Below, one piece after another: positions 11,878 through 23,870 of a stretch of DNA of 64,000 nucleotides; position 1 is the stretch's first letter, and every line of letters begins with the position of its first letter. The stretch is from contig NC_086104.1 of the NCBI RefSeq assembly GCF_963921235.1, positions 153,078,001 through 153,142,000 on the forward strand. The letters run 5' to 3'. Under the pieces are notes generated by a model. The model was not told the origin of the DNA and searched no databases. It worked only from the letters and a program-made list of their open reading frames with translations. The translations under genes and the position numbers were made by a program. The DNA is from Mobula hypostoma (taxonomy: Eukaryota).

Positions 11878-12660
11878 CTGAATCAGATTTATTATCACCT
11901 GCATGTGACGTGAAATTTTGAACTTAGCAGCGGCAGCAGTTCAATGCAGTACATAATCTAGCAGAGAGAGAGAAAAAAACAATAAAATAAAACATAATAA
12001 ACAAGTAAATCAAAATAGATTATTAAAAATGTGAAAAAACAGAAATACTATATATTAAAAATAAAGTGAGGTAATATCCAAAGCTTCAAAGTCCATTTAG
12101 GAATCAGATGGCAGAGGGGAAGAAGCTGATCCTGAATCGCTGAGTGTGTGCCTTCAGGCTTCTGTATCTCCTACCTGACGGTAACAGTGAGAAAAGGGCA
12201 TGCCCTGGGTGCTGGAGGTCTTTAATAATGGACGCTGCCTTTCTGAGACACCGCTTCTTAAAGATGTCCTGGGTACTTTGTAGGCTAGTACCCAAGATGG
12301 AGCTGATTAACAACCTTCTGCAGCTTCTTTTGGTCCTGTGCAGTAGCCCCTCCATACCAGACAGTGATGCAGCTTGTCAGAATGCTGTCCACGGTGTAAT
12401 TATAGAAGTTTTTGAGTGTATTTGTGGACATGCCAAATTGCTTCAAACTCCTAATAAAGTATAGGCACTGTCTTGCCTTCTTTATGACTACATCAGTGTG
12501 CTGGGACCAGGTTAGGTCCTCAGAGATCTTGACACCCAGGAACTTGAAGCTGCTCATTCTCTCTACTAATGATCCCTCTATGAGGATTGGTATGTGTTCC
12601 TTCATTTTACCCTTCCAGAAGTCCACAATCAGCTCTTTTGTCTTACTGACATTGAGTGCC
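11878..12660 (-). mobile_element. Rex1/Babar-like LINE 3' fragment (same family as 3735-4627)
   Basis: [35 protein letters not shown]; atctga-type tail. Confidence 0.82.
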
Positions 12661-12689
12661 ACAGGCCTCTTGCTCTCGCTTCACTATGC

Positions 12690-13760
12690 AAAATAATGGA
12701 GAAAATTATATTGACTCGGCAGATGTGTGTTTTGGAGAAGAGAGAGTTGCTACCAATGTGGGTTTCTTGAAGGGAGATCTATATGTGATGTCCTTGTACT
12801 AATGAGAAATGATACTCAGAAAGCTTTTACAGTGAAAGAATCTGTAGTTGCTGTGTTGTTGGAGATTGAGAAAGTTTAGGATAAGCTATGGACGGAGGGG
12901 CTTCTGATTAAATCAGTTCGCTTGGTTTTGGTGGTAGGTTTTACAACTGGGTTTTTGCAGTGTTTTGTTTGGCCAGTCGTTTAACATGAGGGTAAGTGAA
13001 GAAATGTCATCAGAGTTTGTGGTGGATAATGGGACCCTTAGGATAGTGTTATTAGTCCGATAATGTATAATCTGATGATTGATTATATTTTTGATGGTGT
13101 TGGTCCTGGGTTCAGTTTAGCTTCTGATGATGGGGCTCTAGAATACTGCCTTTGTGGTAAGGTCTGTGCAAACAGTGTTATCAGCATTGGAAAAGTGGAC
13201 TTCAGACTACGGTTTTAAATTTTCCAAGTCAAAATATATGGTTTTTTTTACTCAAGAGTGTGGATTACATTCACCTTGCTCTGTAAGGGTGTTTGGTTTC
13301 AGGGGTTCCATATTTGATACTATGGCTGGATGCGAGACTGACTTGGAGAGCACGTAATAAAATTTTTGGAGGATAAATGCAAGCAGATCATTAACTTTAT
13401 GCGCTGCATGGCTGGGTGTGACTGGGGAGCTTCTAGGGGTATTGTATTGACAATTTATTGTGCTTTAATATGCTCTTGTCAGGATTATAGTTGAATTATT
13501 TATGGAGAGACAGCTTGTTCAGTTTTACATAAGTTGGATGTTCTATCGGCCAGTGTACTTAGAGCATTCCACACCACACCTAAAGATCCATTGGGAGTTG
13601 AACTAGGCAATTTGTCTCTTGACCTACGTGAGAAAAATTGAACCTTGTATACTGGACTTCCTTAGTAGGGTGGGGGGGAGCATCCCATTTGACATATTCT
13701 GTTTTAGTGGATATTTGGGAATATATAAACAGAGTTGGTAAATATTTTGGGCAGATAGTT
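12690..13760 (+). mobile_element. Highly degenerate LINE RT fragment (probably I/Nimb group)
   Basis: Decayed AVxLxIEK..DKLWTEGLL, GTP*DSVISP, EKWTSDYGFKFS, RCMAGCDWGASR motifs. Confidence 0.55.
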
Positions 13761-13779
13761 AGGGAATCTAACTGAGCAA

Positions 13780-14061
13780 GACATCAGCAGTATACCGGAC
13801 ACTCAAGGGTAGCAGGGAAGAGAAGTGTGCGCAGTCACAATTACGACAGAGAAAGTACTCAGGAAGCTGAATAGTCTAAAGGTAGATAAATCTCCCGGAC
13901 TAGATGGAATGCACCCTCGTGTTCTGAAGGATCTGTGGAGATTGCGGAGGCATTAGCGATGATCTTTCAAAAGTCGATAGATTCTGGCATGGTTCCGGAG
14001 GACAGGAAGATTGCAAATGTCACTCCGCTATTTAAGAAGGGGGCAAGGAAGCAAAAAGGAA
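13780..14061 (+). mobile_element. CR1 ORF2 internal fragment
   Basis: DKSPGLDGMHPRVLK, VPEDRKIANVTPLFKKG. Confidence 0.8.
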
Positions 14062-15620
14062 ATAGTCATAGTCATACTTTATTGATCCTGGGGGAAATTG
14101 TCTTTTGTTACAGTTGCACTATAAATAATTAAATAGTAATAAAACCATAAATAGTTAGTGATATGTAAATTATGCCAGTAAATTATGAAGTAAGTCCAGG
14201 ACCAGCCTATTGGCTCAGGGTGTCTGACCCTCCAAGGAAGGAGTTGTAAAGTTTGATGGCCACAGGCAGGAATGACTTCCTATGACGCTCTGTGTTGCAT
14301 CTCGGTGGAATGAGTCTCTGGCTGAATGTACTCCTGTGCCCAACCAATACATTATGTAGTGGATGGGAGTCATTGTCCAAGGTGGCATGCAATTTGGACA
14401 GCATCCTCTTTTCAGACACTACTGTCAGAGAGTCCAGTTCCATCCCCACAACATCACTGGCCTTACGAATGAGTTTGTTGATTCTGTTGGTGTCTGCTAC
14501 CCTCAGCCTGCTGCCCCAGCACACAACAGCAAACATGATAGCACTGGCCACCACAGACTCGTAGAGCATCCTCAGCATCGTCTGGCAGATGTTAAAGGAC
14601 TTCAGTCTCCTCAGGAAATAGAGACGGCTCTGACCCTTCTTGTAGACAGCCTCAGTGTTCTTTGACCAGTCCAGTTTATTGTCAATTCGTATCCCCAGGT
14701 ATTTGTAATCCTCCACCATGTCCACCCTGACCCCCTGGATGGAAACGGGGGTCACCGGTACCTTAGCTTTCCTCAGATCTACCACCAGCTACTTAGTCTT
14801 TTTCACATTAAGCTGCAGATTATTCTGCTCACACCATGTGACAAAGTTTCCTACCGTAGCCCTCTACTCAGCCTCATCTCCCTTGCTGATACATCCAACT
14901 ATGGCAGAGTCATCAGAAAACTTCTGAAGATGACAAGACTCTGTGCAGTAGCTGAAGTCCGAGGTGTAGATGGTGAAGAGAAAGGGAGACAAGACAGTCC
15001 CCTGTGAAGCCCCAGTGCTGCTGATCACTCTGTCGGACACACAGTGTTGCAAGCACATGTACTGTGGTCTGCCAGTCAGGTAATCAAGAATCCATGATAC
15101 CAGGGAAGCATCCACCTGCATTGCTGTCAGATTCTCCCCCAGCAGAGCAGGGCGGATGGTGTTGAACGCACTGGAGAAGTCAAAAAACATGACCCTCACA
15201 GTGCTCGCTGGCTTGTCCAGGTGGGTGTAGACACAGTTCAGCAGGTAGACGATGGCATCCTCAACTCCTAGTTGGGGCTGGTAGGCAAACTGGAGGGGAT
15301 CTAAGTGTGGCCTGACCATAGGCCGGAGCAGCTCCAGAACAAGTCTCTTCCAGGGTCTTCATGATGTGGGAGGTCAATGCCACCGGTCTGTAGTCATTGA
15401 GGCGCGGCATCTTAAGTACAGGGACGAGGCAGGATGTCTTCCACAGCACAGGAACCCTCCGGAGCCTCAGGCTCAGGTTGAATACATGGCAAAGTACTTC
15501 ACATAGCTGAGAGGCAGAGGCTTTGAGCACCCTGGTACTGACACCATCTGGTCCTGCAGCCTTGCTTGTGTTGAGACGTTTCAGCTGTCTTCTCACCTGT
15601 TCAGCTGTGAAGCCCACTGT
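14062..15620 (-). mobile_element. Rex1/Babar LINE, 5'-truncated, near-intact RT
   Basis: [63 protein letters not shown]; (TGACTA)n tail. Confidence 0.9.
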
Positions 15621-15974
15621 GGTGGTTTTGTGTGATGGAAGGACAGATGGATGTTACAGCAAATCAGGCACTTACTAAGACTTTCAATCCTGGAATCATT
15701 TTCGTGAAGCTCCTTTGAACCCTCTCCAGTTTCAGCATGGGGGCCCAAAACTGCTGACAATACTCCCAAGTGAGGCCTCACCAGTGTTCTATAAAGCATC
15801 AATATTACATCCTTGCTTTTATAGTCTGCGCCTCTGAAAATAAATCTTATCATCGCATTTGCCTTCCTCACCACCAACACAACCTGCAAATTAAGCTTTA
15901 AGGAATCCTGCATGAGAACTCCCAAGTCCCATCACACCTCAGAGTTTTGAATTTTCTCTCTGTTTATGAAACAC

Positions 15975-16700
15975 TTCCTGCCTATTTGAGGGTGGCAGGG
16001 TGGAGATGCGTCCCTACCCAAAGGAGGTGTAAGGTGCACCTGCCCTCTGCTAGCCCACCCCCCCCCCAAAAAAAATCAGGGTCACGTGAAGTCATGGGAG
16101 CAGATGCTGGATGGTCATATGAGCAAGTGGTGCATATCACAAGCCCTTGTTATGTGTCCACTGATGCCACGCAGACAAATACATAATGATTGAAACGTAT
16201 AAGATCCTAAAGGGATTGGACAGGCTACTTGCAGGAAGATTGTTCCCGATGTTGGGGAAGTCCAGAACGAGGGGTCACAGTTTGAGGATAGAGGGGAAGC
16301 CTTTTAGGACCGAGATTAGGAAAAACTTCTTCACACAGAGAGTGGTGAATCTGTGGAATTCTCTGCCACAGGAAACAGTTGAGGCCAGTTCATTGGCTAT
16401 ATTTAAGAGGGAGTTAGATATGACCCTTGTGGCTACGGGGGTCAGGGGGTATGGAGGGAAGGCTGGGGCGGGGTTCTGAGTTGGATGATCAGCCATGAAA
16501 ATAATTAAATGGCGGTGCAGGATTGAAGGGCCGAATGGCCTACTCCTGCACCTATTTTCTATGTTTCTATAAAGGGTATTGATAATAGCTGGGGTTACCC
16601 AGAAAAAGGCAGTGGCAAACCAATTCTGTAGAAAAATATGCCAAGGACATTGATGATCACCTATGGCATATGACGCAGCACGTGATGACGATGATGAATT
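15975..16700 (+). mobile_element. RTE-associated SINE-like element split by a CR1 3' fragment (about 16185-16570); second copy at about 51580-51845 on minus
   Basis: Shared internal sequence between the two copies; GGCAxTGGCAAACCA motif typical of RTE/BovB-linked elements; (gat)n tail. Confidence 0.55.
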
Positions 16701-16749
16701 TTAAGGTGATTGGAGGAAAGTATAGGGGGATATCAGAGGTAGATGTTTT

Positions 16750-17580
16750 ATTCAAAAGGTTCAAAGGAACATCTAAACAAGGCTGATGCATTTTGAAAAC
16801 AAGTCCTGTGGACTGATGAAGTTAAAATAGAACTTTTTGGCCGCATTGAGCAAAGATATGTTTGGGAAAAAAAGGTGCAGAATTTCATGAAAACCCCTCT
16901 CCAACTGTTCAGCACGGGGGTGGATCGATCATACATTGGGCTTGTGTTGCAGCCAGTGGCACGGGGAATGTTTACTGGTAGAAGGAAGAATGTATTCAAT
17001 TAAATACCAGCAAATTCTAGAAGCAAATATCACACCGTCTGTAAAAAAGCCGAAGATGAAAAGGGGATGGCTTCTACAACAGGATAATGATCCTAAACAC
17101 ACCTCAAAATCAAGAGGCGCAAGCTGAAGGTTTTCCCATGGCCCTCACAGTCCTCTGACCTAACATCATAAAGCATCTGTGGATAGACCTCAAAAGAGCA
17201 GTGCATGCAAGACGGCCCAAGAATCTCACAGAACTAGAAGCCTTTTGCAAAGAAGAATGGGCGAAAATCCCCCAAACAAGAATTGAAAGACTCTTAGCTG
17301 GCAACAAAAAGCATTTACAATCTGTGATATGTGCCAAAGGGGGTGTTACTAAGTACTGACCATGCAGGGTGCCCAAACTTTTGCTTCGGGCCCTTTTCCT
17401 TTTTTGTTATTTTGAAACTGTAAAAGATGGAAATAAAAAAGTTTTCTTGCTTAAAATATTAAAGAAATGTGTCATCTTTAACTTTATGCCTTTTGGAAAT
17501 CAGTTCATCTTTTACTCGCTAAACTATTCACAGTAACAGAGATTTTGACTGGGGTGCCCAAACTTTTGCATGCCACAGTA
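16750..17580 (+). mobile_element. Tc1-family DNA transposon, 5'-truncated and degenerate
   Basis: QVLWTDEVKIELFG, QQDNDPKHT, WPSQSSDL; repeated gggtgcccaaactttt in the right terminal repeat, ending ...cacag|TA. Confidence 0.88.
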
Positions 17581-18569
17581 TATATTTATTGTTCTCTAAT
17601 TATAATTTGTCCTGTGTTTTCCTTCATTACATTGGTAATTAACTTTAAAATTGTTTTATGCATTGTAAAACGCACAGGGCCACACAAGGTCAAAAACTCA
17701 AGGCAGTGATAAGAAACAGGTAGCCTGCAGCTAATTGAAGGGGGCTAAAAGAAGTAAGCAGCCGTGGAAATACTGAAACCTCAATGGGAGATGGGGCTTC
17801 CGGTTAACATGGTGCTGAGCTGCGGTTTCCATCAAGGTCATAGCTCAGGCGTAGTTGTTTTAGTAAGGTTCATAGGGATGATTTTGAGGACAGAGAGCGG
17901 AGTCAGGGATGTGGGGATGTAGAAGTTTGGACTGAGTCTAGCCCTCTGCTCCACATCTGAAGGCCAGTGATGATGTTGCCTTCGGACATCTGGCCCAGAA
18001 AGCACAGTGAACGAAGACCAGCATGGACAAGGGCCTCTCATCAGTTGATCAAGGTCAGCATGTCCCCCATAGGATCAGGTAGATCAGAGGTCCATGTGGG
18101 CCGCAGGTGTGATGGCCCGTGACACCCCCCCCCCCGCCCGCCAAGATACGTGAGTTGACAAGTCCAGAGTTAAAATCCTGAAGGTCGGAGTCCCAGCATT
18201 AGTGAGTCCAGAGTTTGAGGCCTGAGTTCAGGGTCCTGATATGAGAGAATCCAGAATACAAAGCCATAGTTTGAGGTACCATCATTGACAAATCCTGAAG
18301 TCAATCAGAAGTCTGAAGGGTGAGGCCCGACAGCCAGAGCCATGAGTCTGTAATTCCAGTGGGGAAGCCAGAGACCATTGTCTGCAAGTCCGGAGGCTGG
18401 AGGCCCGGCATACCGTGTGATTGGAGGACTGTGTGTTTGTATGTATGAGAGGAAAGAAAGGGGCTAGAGGACATTCCATTTTGGCACTGGCATCTACAGC
18501 CACTTGTGAGCTGCCCTAGCTCATCCTTAGATGTGTTGGTTCTTAATGGAAACAACATATTTCATTGTA

Positions 18570-18795
18570 TCAACACACACAAAAAATGCTGGTGAACGCA
18601 GCAGGCCAGGCAGCATCTATAGGAAGAAGTACAGTCGACGTTTTGAGCCGGGACCCTTCATCAGGACTGATGAAGGGTCCCGGGCTGAAACGTCCACTGT
18701 ACTTCTTCCTATAGATGCTGCCTGGCCTCCTGCATTCAGCACTTTTTGTGTGTGTCACTTGAATTTCCAGCATCTGCAAATTTCCTCTTGTCTGC
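18570..18795. mobile_element. Penelope-terminus-derived palindromic (hairpin) element
   Basis: Inverted arms of about 90 bp centred near 18665; related copy at 54654-54862. Confidence 0.8.
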
Positions 18796-19253
18796 GTTTT
18801 TATTTCATTGTATGTTTCAATGTACAATGTCCAGATAAATAATTCTGAATCTGAGAGCTTATAGATGTCAGAAACTTTATGTACTTTACCTTTTCACAGA
18901 ATATTCAAGGAAATTTGAAATGAAGAGGGGACTTGTGATTTGAAAATAACATATTTAATCAACCAATAAGAAAGTTTCTCCACCTGTACAGTAATAATTC
19001 AAATAATAACAATAATTATTGAATTATTATATTTTTGTATTTGAAAACTCAACACATTATTCTCACGATTAAATAGCTCTAAATGATAAAACGTAAACGT
19101 GAGCAAATATTGCTGCCTGTATATCTCAGTAATTAGAAGATAATTCTATCTACTGTTAATCAAATAAGAGATATTCTGTACTTTGTACATACATACTCTC
19201 TAAACCAACAATTTCTGATTTGTTTTCTAAATAACACAGAGAATTAAAATGCC

Positions 19254-19466
19254 TCATTTAGCTGTGAAGATCGTGATTCTGTTATGGTGTTTCTTCTCAT
19301 CCATTTCAACTGGCTGCTTGTCCCTGTGGGATGTGCTGATGTACCACCCATGATGTAGAGCCGACTCAAACTCAAAGTAATGGCCTGCACCTGAAACCTT
19401 CTTGAAGAAAATGAAGCGAAGCAGGTCAGTGGCACTACTGATATTTTGCAAATTCTGATCCCATTT
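19254..19466 (-). CDS. IL1B: IL1B copy A exon 6 (terminal)
   Basis: KWDQNLQ...LLRFIFFKK...FESALHHGWYIST...TIFTAK*; putative ATTAAA polyA signal at 18954-18959. Confidence 0.94.
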   Translation of the reverse strand, partial: KWDQNLQNISSATDLLRFIFFKKVSGAGHYFEFESALHHGWYISTSHRDKQPVEMDEKKHHNRITIFTAK

Positions 19467-22400
19467 CTGTGAAAATAAATGTCAGAAACGAAGTTAAGTA
19501 CAGTTACATTTCAAATGAGAAAGCTATAAATAGTATTACTCAGGACAGGCTGCCTCCACAGCAGGTGCTGAGCATGTGTTGCTGGGATGAGATTTGTGCC
19601 AGCTGCATGTTTGTAAAGATAGCCCTAACCTTGCCAACCCTTTCAGTATTTAAAGTGTTCAGGCTGGAGAGAATTGGGATCCTCTGCTCTGTTTAAACTT
19701 CTCATTACTTAATTACCTATCAGTTAAAAGTCGCTAACAATTCAGTTTTGAAACTGTTCTGAGTTGGCTGACCTGAATTGGGGAAGGGACATAGTTCTCA
19801 ACATTCCAGGATTGGGGACAAAAGTACAGAGTACTGACCACTGACCTCACAGATTAGGATATTAAGTAAGGATTTAGTTGTGATATCACTCTCCAGTCAA
19901 GAGCGTTCAGTTTCAATGATCAGCTCTGTAGAAATGTATTTTTTTCATCTTATGAGTGAGTGTGTGTGTGTGAGAGAGAGAGAAAGCATTAAACCTATCT
20001 TCTCAATGCTAACTTCTGATTGTGCCGTTTTACTCCTTTTTCCAATAATTTATTCTTTGTTCTCTTCCTTGCCATCAATTCACTTTGATTTTCATGCTAA
20101 CTAGCAAAACCTTGGGTAACATGCAGGGGACAATTAACCCGCAGGTCTTTAGGATACGGACAAAAGTGGAGCACCTGGAGCAAGCACACCTCCAGAATGG
20201 AGAATGGTCAGTACCTGGAATGGAAATTCTTCCGGAGGAAATCAGATATGGTGAAAGGTGTTGGAAGGTTCTCAATGATGTTATGGAACCTGAATATATG
20301 CTGGATATAGGCTAACAAAGCCAGTGTAAGGGAGATGTTTTGAAAAGTGGATAAAATTCTCTGTCACATGTGATTTGCAGAAGGCCCAAGGAAAAGGTGG
20401 AAGCAGAGGCAGATTCTCCAGACAACAATACATGGGACTGTGTACCAGTCAGTTAACCACATGCATACATGATTTCTTACCTCCACTCGCATCCTGGGAT
20501 TGTCCGGTGGCCCTGAGCACGAGAGGAACGTATTCTGATTGTTTATTCCCAGAACAACCGGCAAATAATTTACTTCACCGGAAGTTGCCTTGTAGTACCT
20601 CACATTAAGTGTTACTGTCAACCAAAGGAGGGATATTTTAGCACAGTCATCAAAATACATATATACTCATATCAATAAAAGTGCTGCAATGTGGTAGCTA
20701 CTTTATTTGGAGTTATAACCAAGCTATTCATTGCATCTAAGTAATCTAAGGCCATGAATGGAGCATGACACATTGGGCGGGGCAACTATTCAGACTCCCA
20801 TTCTTACCCATGATTCATTCATAACTTTGTTTAGCTCTATATTCCTATTTCAGCTGGAGAAGCATGCTGATGACAGGGTTAAATAAAATGTCGCAGGCTG
20901 AAGGCAGCGCATTTTTAGAGAGTTAAAGGTATGAGAGGGACATGTGAAAAGCAATTGAAGACATTTCCTATTTTGTGCAATGTTCTTTCCCATTCGTCGT
21001 AACACCTTGAAGAGTTAGATACTTCTGCCAATCTTTCCATATTTTAAGTACAACAAAAAAGTGAGAGCATAAAGTTTACCCACCTTCGTCTGATGGCTGC
21101 TGCAAGAACATGGCCAGGAGCTGGAAGTTCTCTGATAACTTCAGGCATTTGTCTTGTTCATCCCTCACTTGCTGACACTCAGTCTTCATGAACCTGTAGG
21201 AGCTGGGCACCACTTCAGCACCTTCATAGTTGGTGTAAGTGATGGCTTCTGTTGGCACAAATAAGATTAAGTTATTGATCATGGTATATTAACAGAGATT
21301 AAACATAAATGAAATCCCGGACCCAACTATTTCTTTACTATTCCTGGGCATTGTCAGTGTTGGCAAATCTGAGTGTATTGATTTGTAGTATTGGCAGTTC
21401 TGAGTGTATTGATTTGTCGTGGTTATTCTGTTGAACATAGAACATTACAGCACCATATAGGCCTTTCAGCCTATGAAATTGTGATGTCCTTTTAATCTGC
21501 TCTGAGATCAATCTAACCCTTCTGCATAACTCTCCAATTTTTTATATATCATCATCAATGCCTATCTTAGATATTCTTAAACGGTCCTAGTGTATCTGCC
21601 TCTGCCACCACACTTAGCAGTGCATTCCACACATCCACCACTCTTTTATAAAGACCTTACCTCTGACGTTCCTCCTGTACTATCCTCTGATCACCTTAAA
21701 ATTATGCTACCTTGTATGAGCCTTCTCTGCCCTGGGAAATGTTTCTGGCGATCCACTGTCTATTTTATCATCTTGTACATCTCTGTCAGGTCACCTCTCA
21801 TCCTTCTTTGCTTCAAGGAGAAAAGCCTTAGCTTGCTCAACCTTTCTTCATAAGACATGCTTTCCAGTCCAGTCAGTATGCTGTCTCTTTTGGGTTTTTT
21901 TTTTGATAACCCTTCTTCTCAAATCTTTGTGGGAAAGGCACAGTCCTGCATTTTGTAGGAAATCTCATGACAGTGATGAGCATCAGTGAAGGCTCAGTGT
22001 TAACAGAACCACTGGGATCAAGAGCAGATTGCAGGCCTTCACATTGGAACCAGTGCTTCCAATTGTAACTAATCACGACAGACAGAGTAACAATACTGAA
22101 AGGAAAGATCAGCTCACCTTCTACAAGTGCATTGAAGTTTCCAAGCAAATCAGTGTCTCCAAAGCAAGTACTTTCACAGTCCCAGCTGTTTGTGCATGGC
22201 TGCTGCAACTTCCTCTTGAATTTTTCAACTGCAAGAGCCAACATGATGGCTTTCTCCAGTGTCAGCTTTGCAGAACCAGCCGTGCTAATAGATAAGAACT
22301 TTCCCGTGATCTTCAATTGGTAACTGTCTGAATGGTGACGTGCAGTGCTCAGCTCCATCAGACTTGGTGATGTTTTTTGAAATGGGCTCTGCATAATGAG

Positions 22401-23533
22401 AAACCACCATTAAATCTCCCAGTTCAGCTATCATAATAATTTTAGAGGGCCTGATAGCTAGGGTACAGAACAATTGATATCAGGTCCATCCCAAGATCTG
22501 TGGGCTAAACATCAGACAGTGTAAAACTCACAGTTTAAAAGGGTCCCTGACATCATACTTTCCCATCTGGATTCTCTGATACCTCATGGCAATTAAATAT
22601 TTATTGATTCAAACTTGCACTAATTTTAACAATAATATCTTCCCCAAAACTTATTCTGGTATCATATCTATTATTCTTACCTTGACCCAGGGACAAGAAG
22701 TAGGAGATATAATATGACAATCCCCATTGTGCCAGTAACTTAAGGATCTGTAGATGAAAGACTTATTTCAGTCAGTTTATATGGAAAAGGGTAGATCACC
22801 TTCAGTAAGTTATTAACCATACATGAAAATCACAAATTCAAGAGATTCTGCAAATGCTAGAAATCCAGGGCAACACAAACAAAATGCTGGAGGAACTCAG
22901 CAGCTCAGGTTGCATCACCCAGCCTTTCTTTGACATTTTCCCCCTTCTTTTCCAGTCCCGATGAAGGGTCTTGGCCTGAAACTTCAGCTGTTTATTCATT
23001 TCAGTTACTGAAATAATTAGTTACATGTTGCTCTGAATCCTAGGCAATGGAAGTGGGGCCAGTCAGATATAAACCTGCTCCACGTCCACTTGTCTGTAGC
23101 TAGCCTTCACACACTTACAAAATAATATGTCTGGGATCTGGCAGGATGCACTGACCTTTATTTGAAAATTAGAAAAAACAATTCTGAGAAAACCGTAAAT
23201 ATTCTGAATATTGTCACAGTTACCAAATCTGATAATAATCAACTATAAGTAGACTATGCCACGCGTATAACCAATGTTATACTTCCCTTTCTCTAAAATA
23301 CTGCACAGACAATTAAGTCTAAATATTTTCTCCAAATTGTACTCTCATTCTTAATGATAAGAGTACCATTCTGTTGGTTTGGTTTGAGCTGAGATCAGAC
23401 ATATTTAGTAGCTGTAAATATATTCACTGTTCAAAAAGGGCACTAATATGTTTGCACAACTATGTTTTACATACTAAACAAAAAGTGCTGTAGAGAAACC
23501 ATTGGCTCACCTCAGGGATTCACTGTCAGCCAT
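19254..23533 (-). CDS. IL1B: Interleukin-1 beta, copy A (290 aa). Exons 23511-23533, 22681-22747, 22118-22388, 21084-21248, 20481-20614, 19254-19466.
   Basis: All introns are GT-AG with consistent phases; 873-nt open frame. IL-1 family signature-like FESALHHGWYISTSHRDKQPV, VRDEQDKCL, LPVVLGI..FLSC, LLRFIFFK; pro-domain LALAVEKFK. Syntenic with CKAP2L. Confidence 0.93.
20481..20614 (-). CDS. IL1B: IL1B copy A exon 5
   Basis: VTLNVRYYK...LPVVLGINNQNTFLSCSG...RVE; GTAAGA donor. Confidence 0.93.
21084..21248 (-). CDS. IL1B: IL1B copy A exon 4
   Basis: EAITYTNYEGAEVVPSSYRF...VRDEQDKCL...; phase 1-1. Confidence 0.92.
22118..22388 (-). CDS. IL1B: IL1B copy A exon 3 (propeptide)
   Basis: SPFQK...LALAVEKFK...FGDTDLL...LVE; AG/GT boundaries. 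Confidence 0.9.
22681..22747 (-). CDS. IL1B: IL1B copy A exon 2
   Basis: CTACAG acceptor, GTAAGA donor, 67 nt; conserved in copy B. Confidence 0.82.
23511..23533 (-). CDS. IL1B: IL1B copy A exon 1 (MADSESL+AG)
   Basis: Strong Kozak acaATGG; donor GAG|GTGAG; about 110 nt downstream of the TATA-like box. Confidence 0.78.
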
Positions 23534-23639
23534 TGTAATTTTTACAGATCCCGTCTCAGTCCTCGTAATAGCGTAGCTCTCAGATTGTCAGAATAGTACT
23601 GCGTGAGTTCTAATTTTGCTCTGCTGATGATCAGCCTCT

Positions 23640-23870
23640 ATCCCTTATTTAAAGTTCACTGTCCTTGTGTGCTCCTCCTCCAGGGTGTGACACAGTGAGT
23701 GGAAACTTTATGATTACAAAGTTTGGTGAATTAGCCTCTCACTTCCTCACTTGCAGATCTTGCCAAAATTACGTCCTTGTGACATGGAAGTTTGAAAATT
23801 TTTTTTAAAAATCAGAATAATATTACTGAGGTTGCACTGCAAAAGAATTAAAAATGAAATTCCCCTTTCT
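23640..23870 (-). promoter_or_regulatory. IL1B copy A proximal promoter: TATA-like TTTAAATAA (23645-23653), PU.1/ETS GAGGAAGTG (23740-23748), kB-like GGGGAATTTC (23856-23865)
   Basis: The TATA-like and PU.1 motifs recur at equivalent positions in copy B and the pseudogene; the kB-like motif recurs in the pseudogene flank. Confidence 0.6.

Noticed and set aside
19435-19450. N-glycosylation sequon NIS in A, lost in B
   Set aside because: IL-1beta is leaderless and normally bypasses the ER, so relevance is doubtful.
19254-19466. Positive selection between paralogs in exon 6
   Set aside because: My hand count gives about 10 nonsynonymous vs 8 synonymous differences, which implies dN/dS below 1. 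A codon-model test would be needed to say more.
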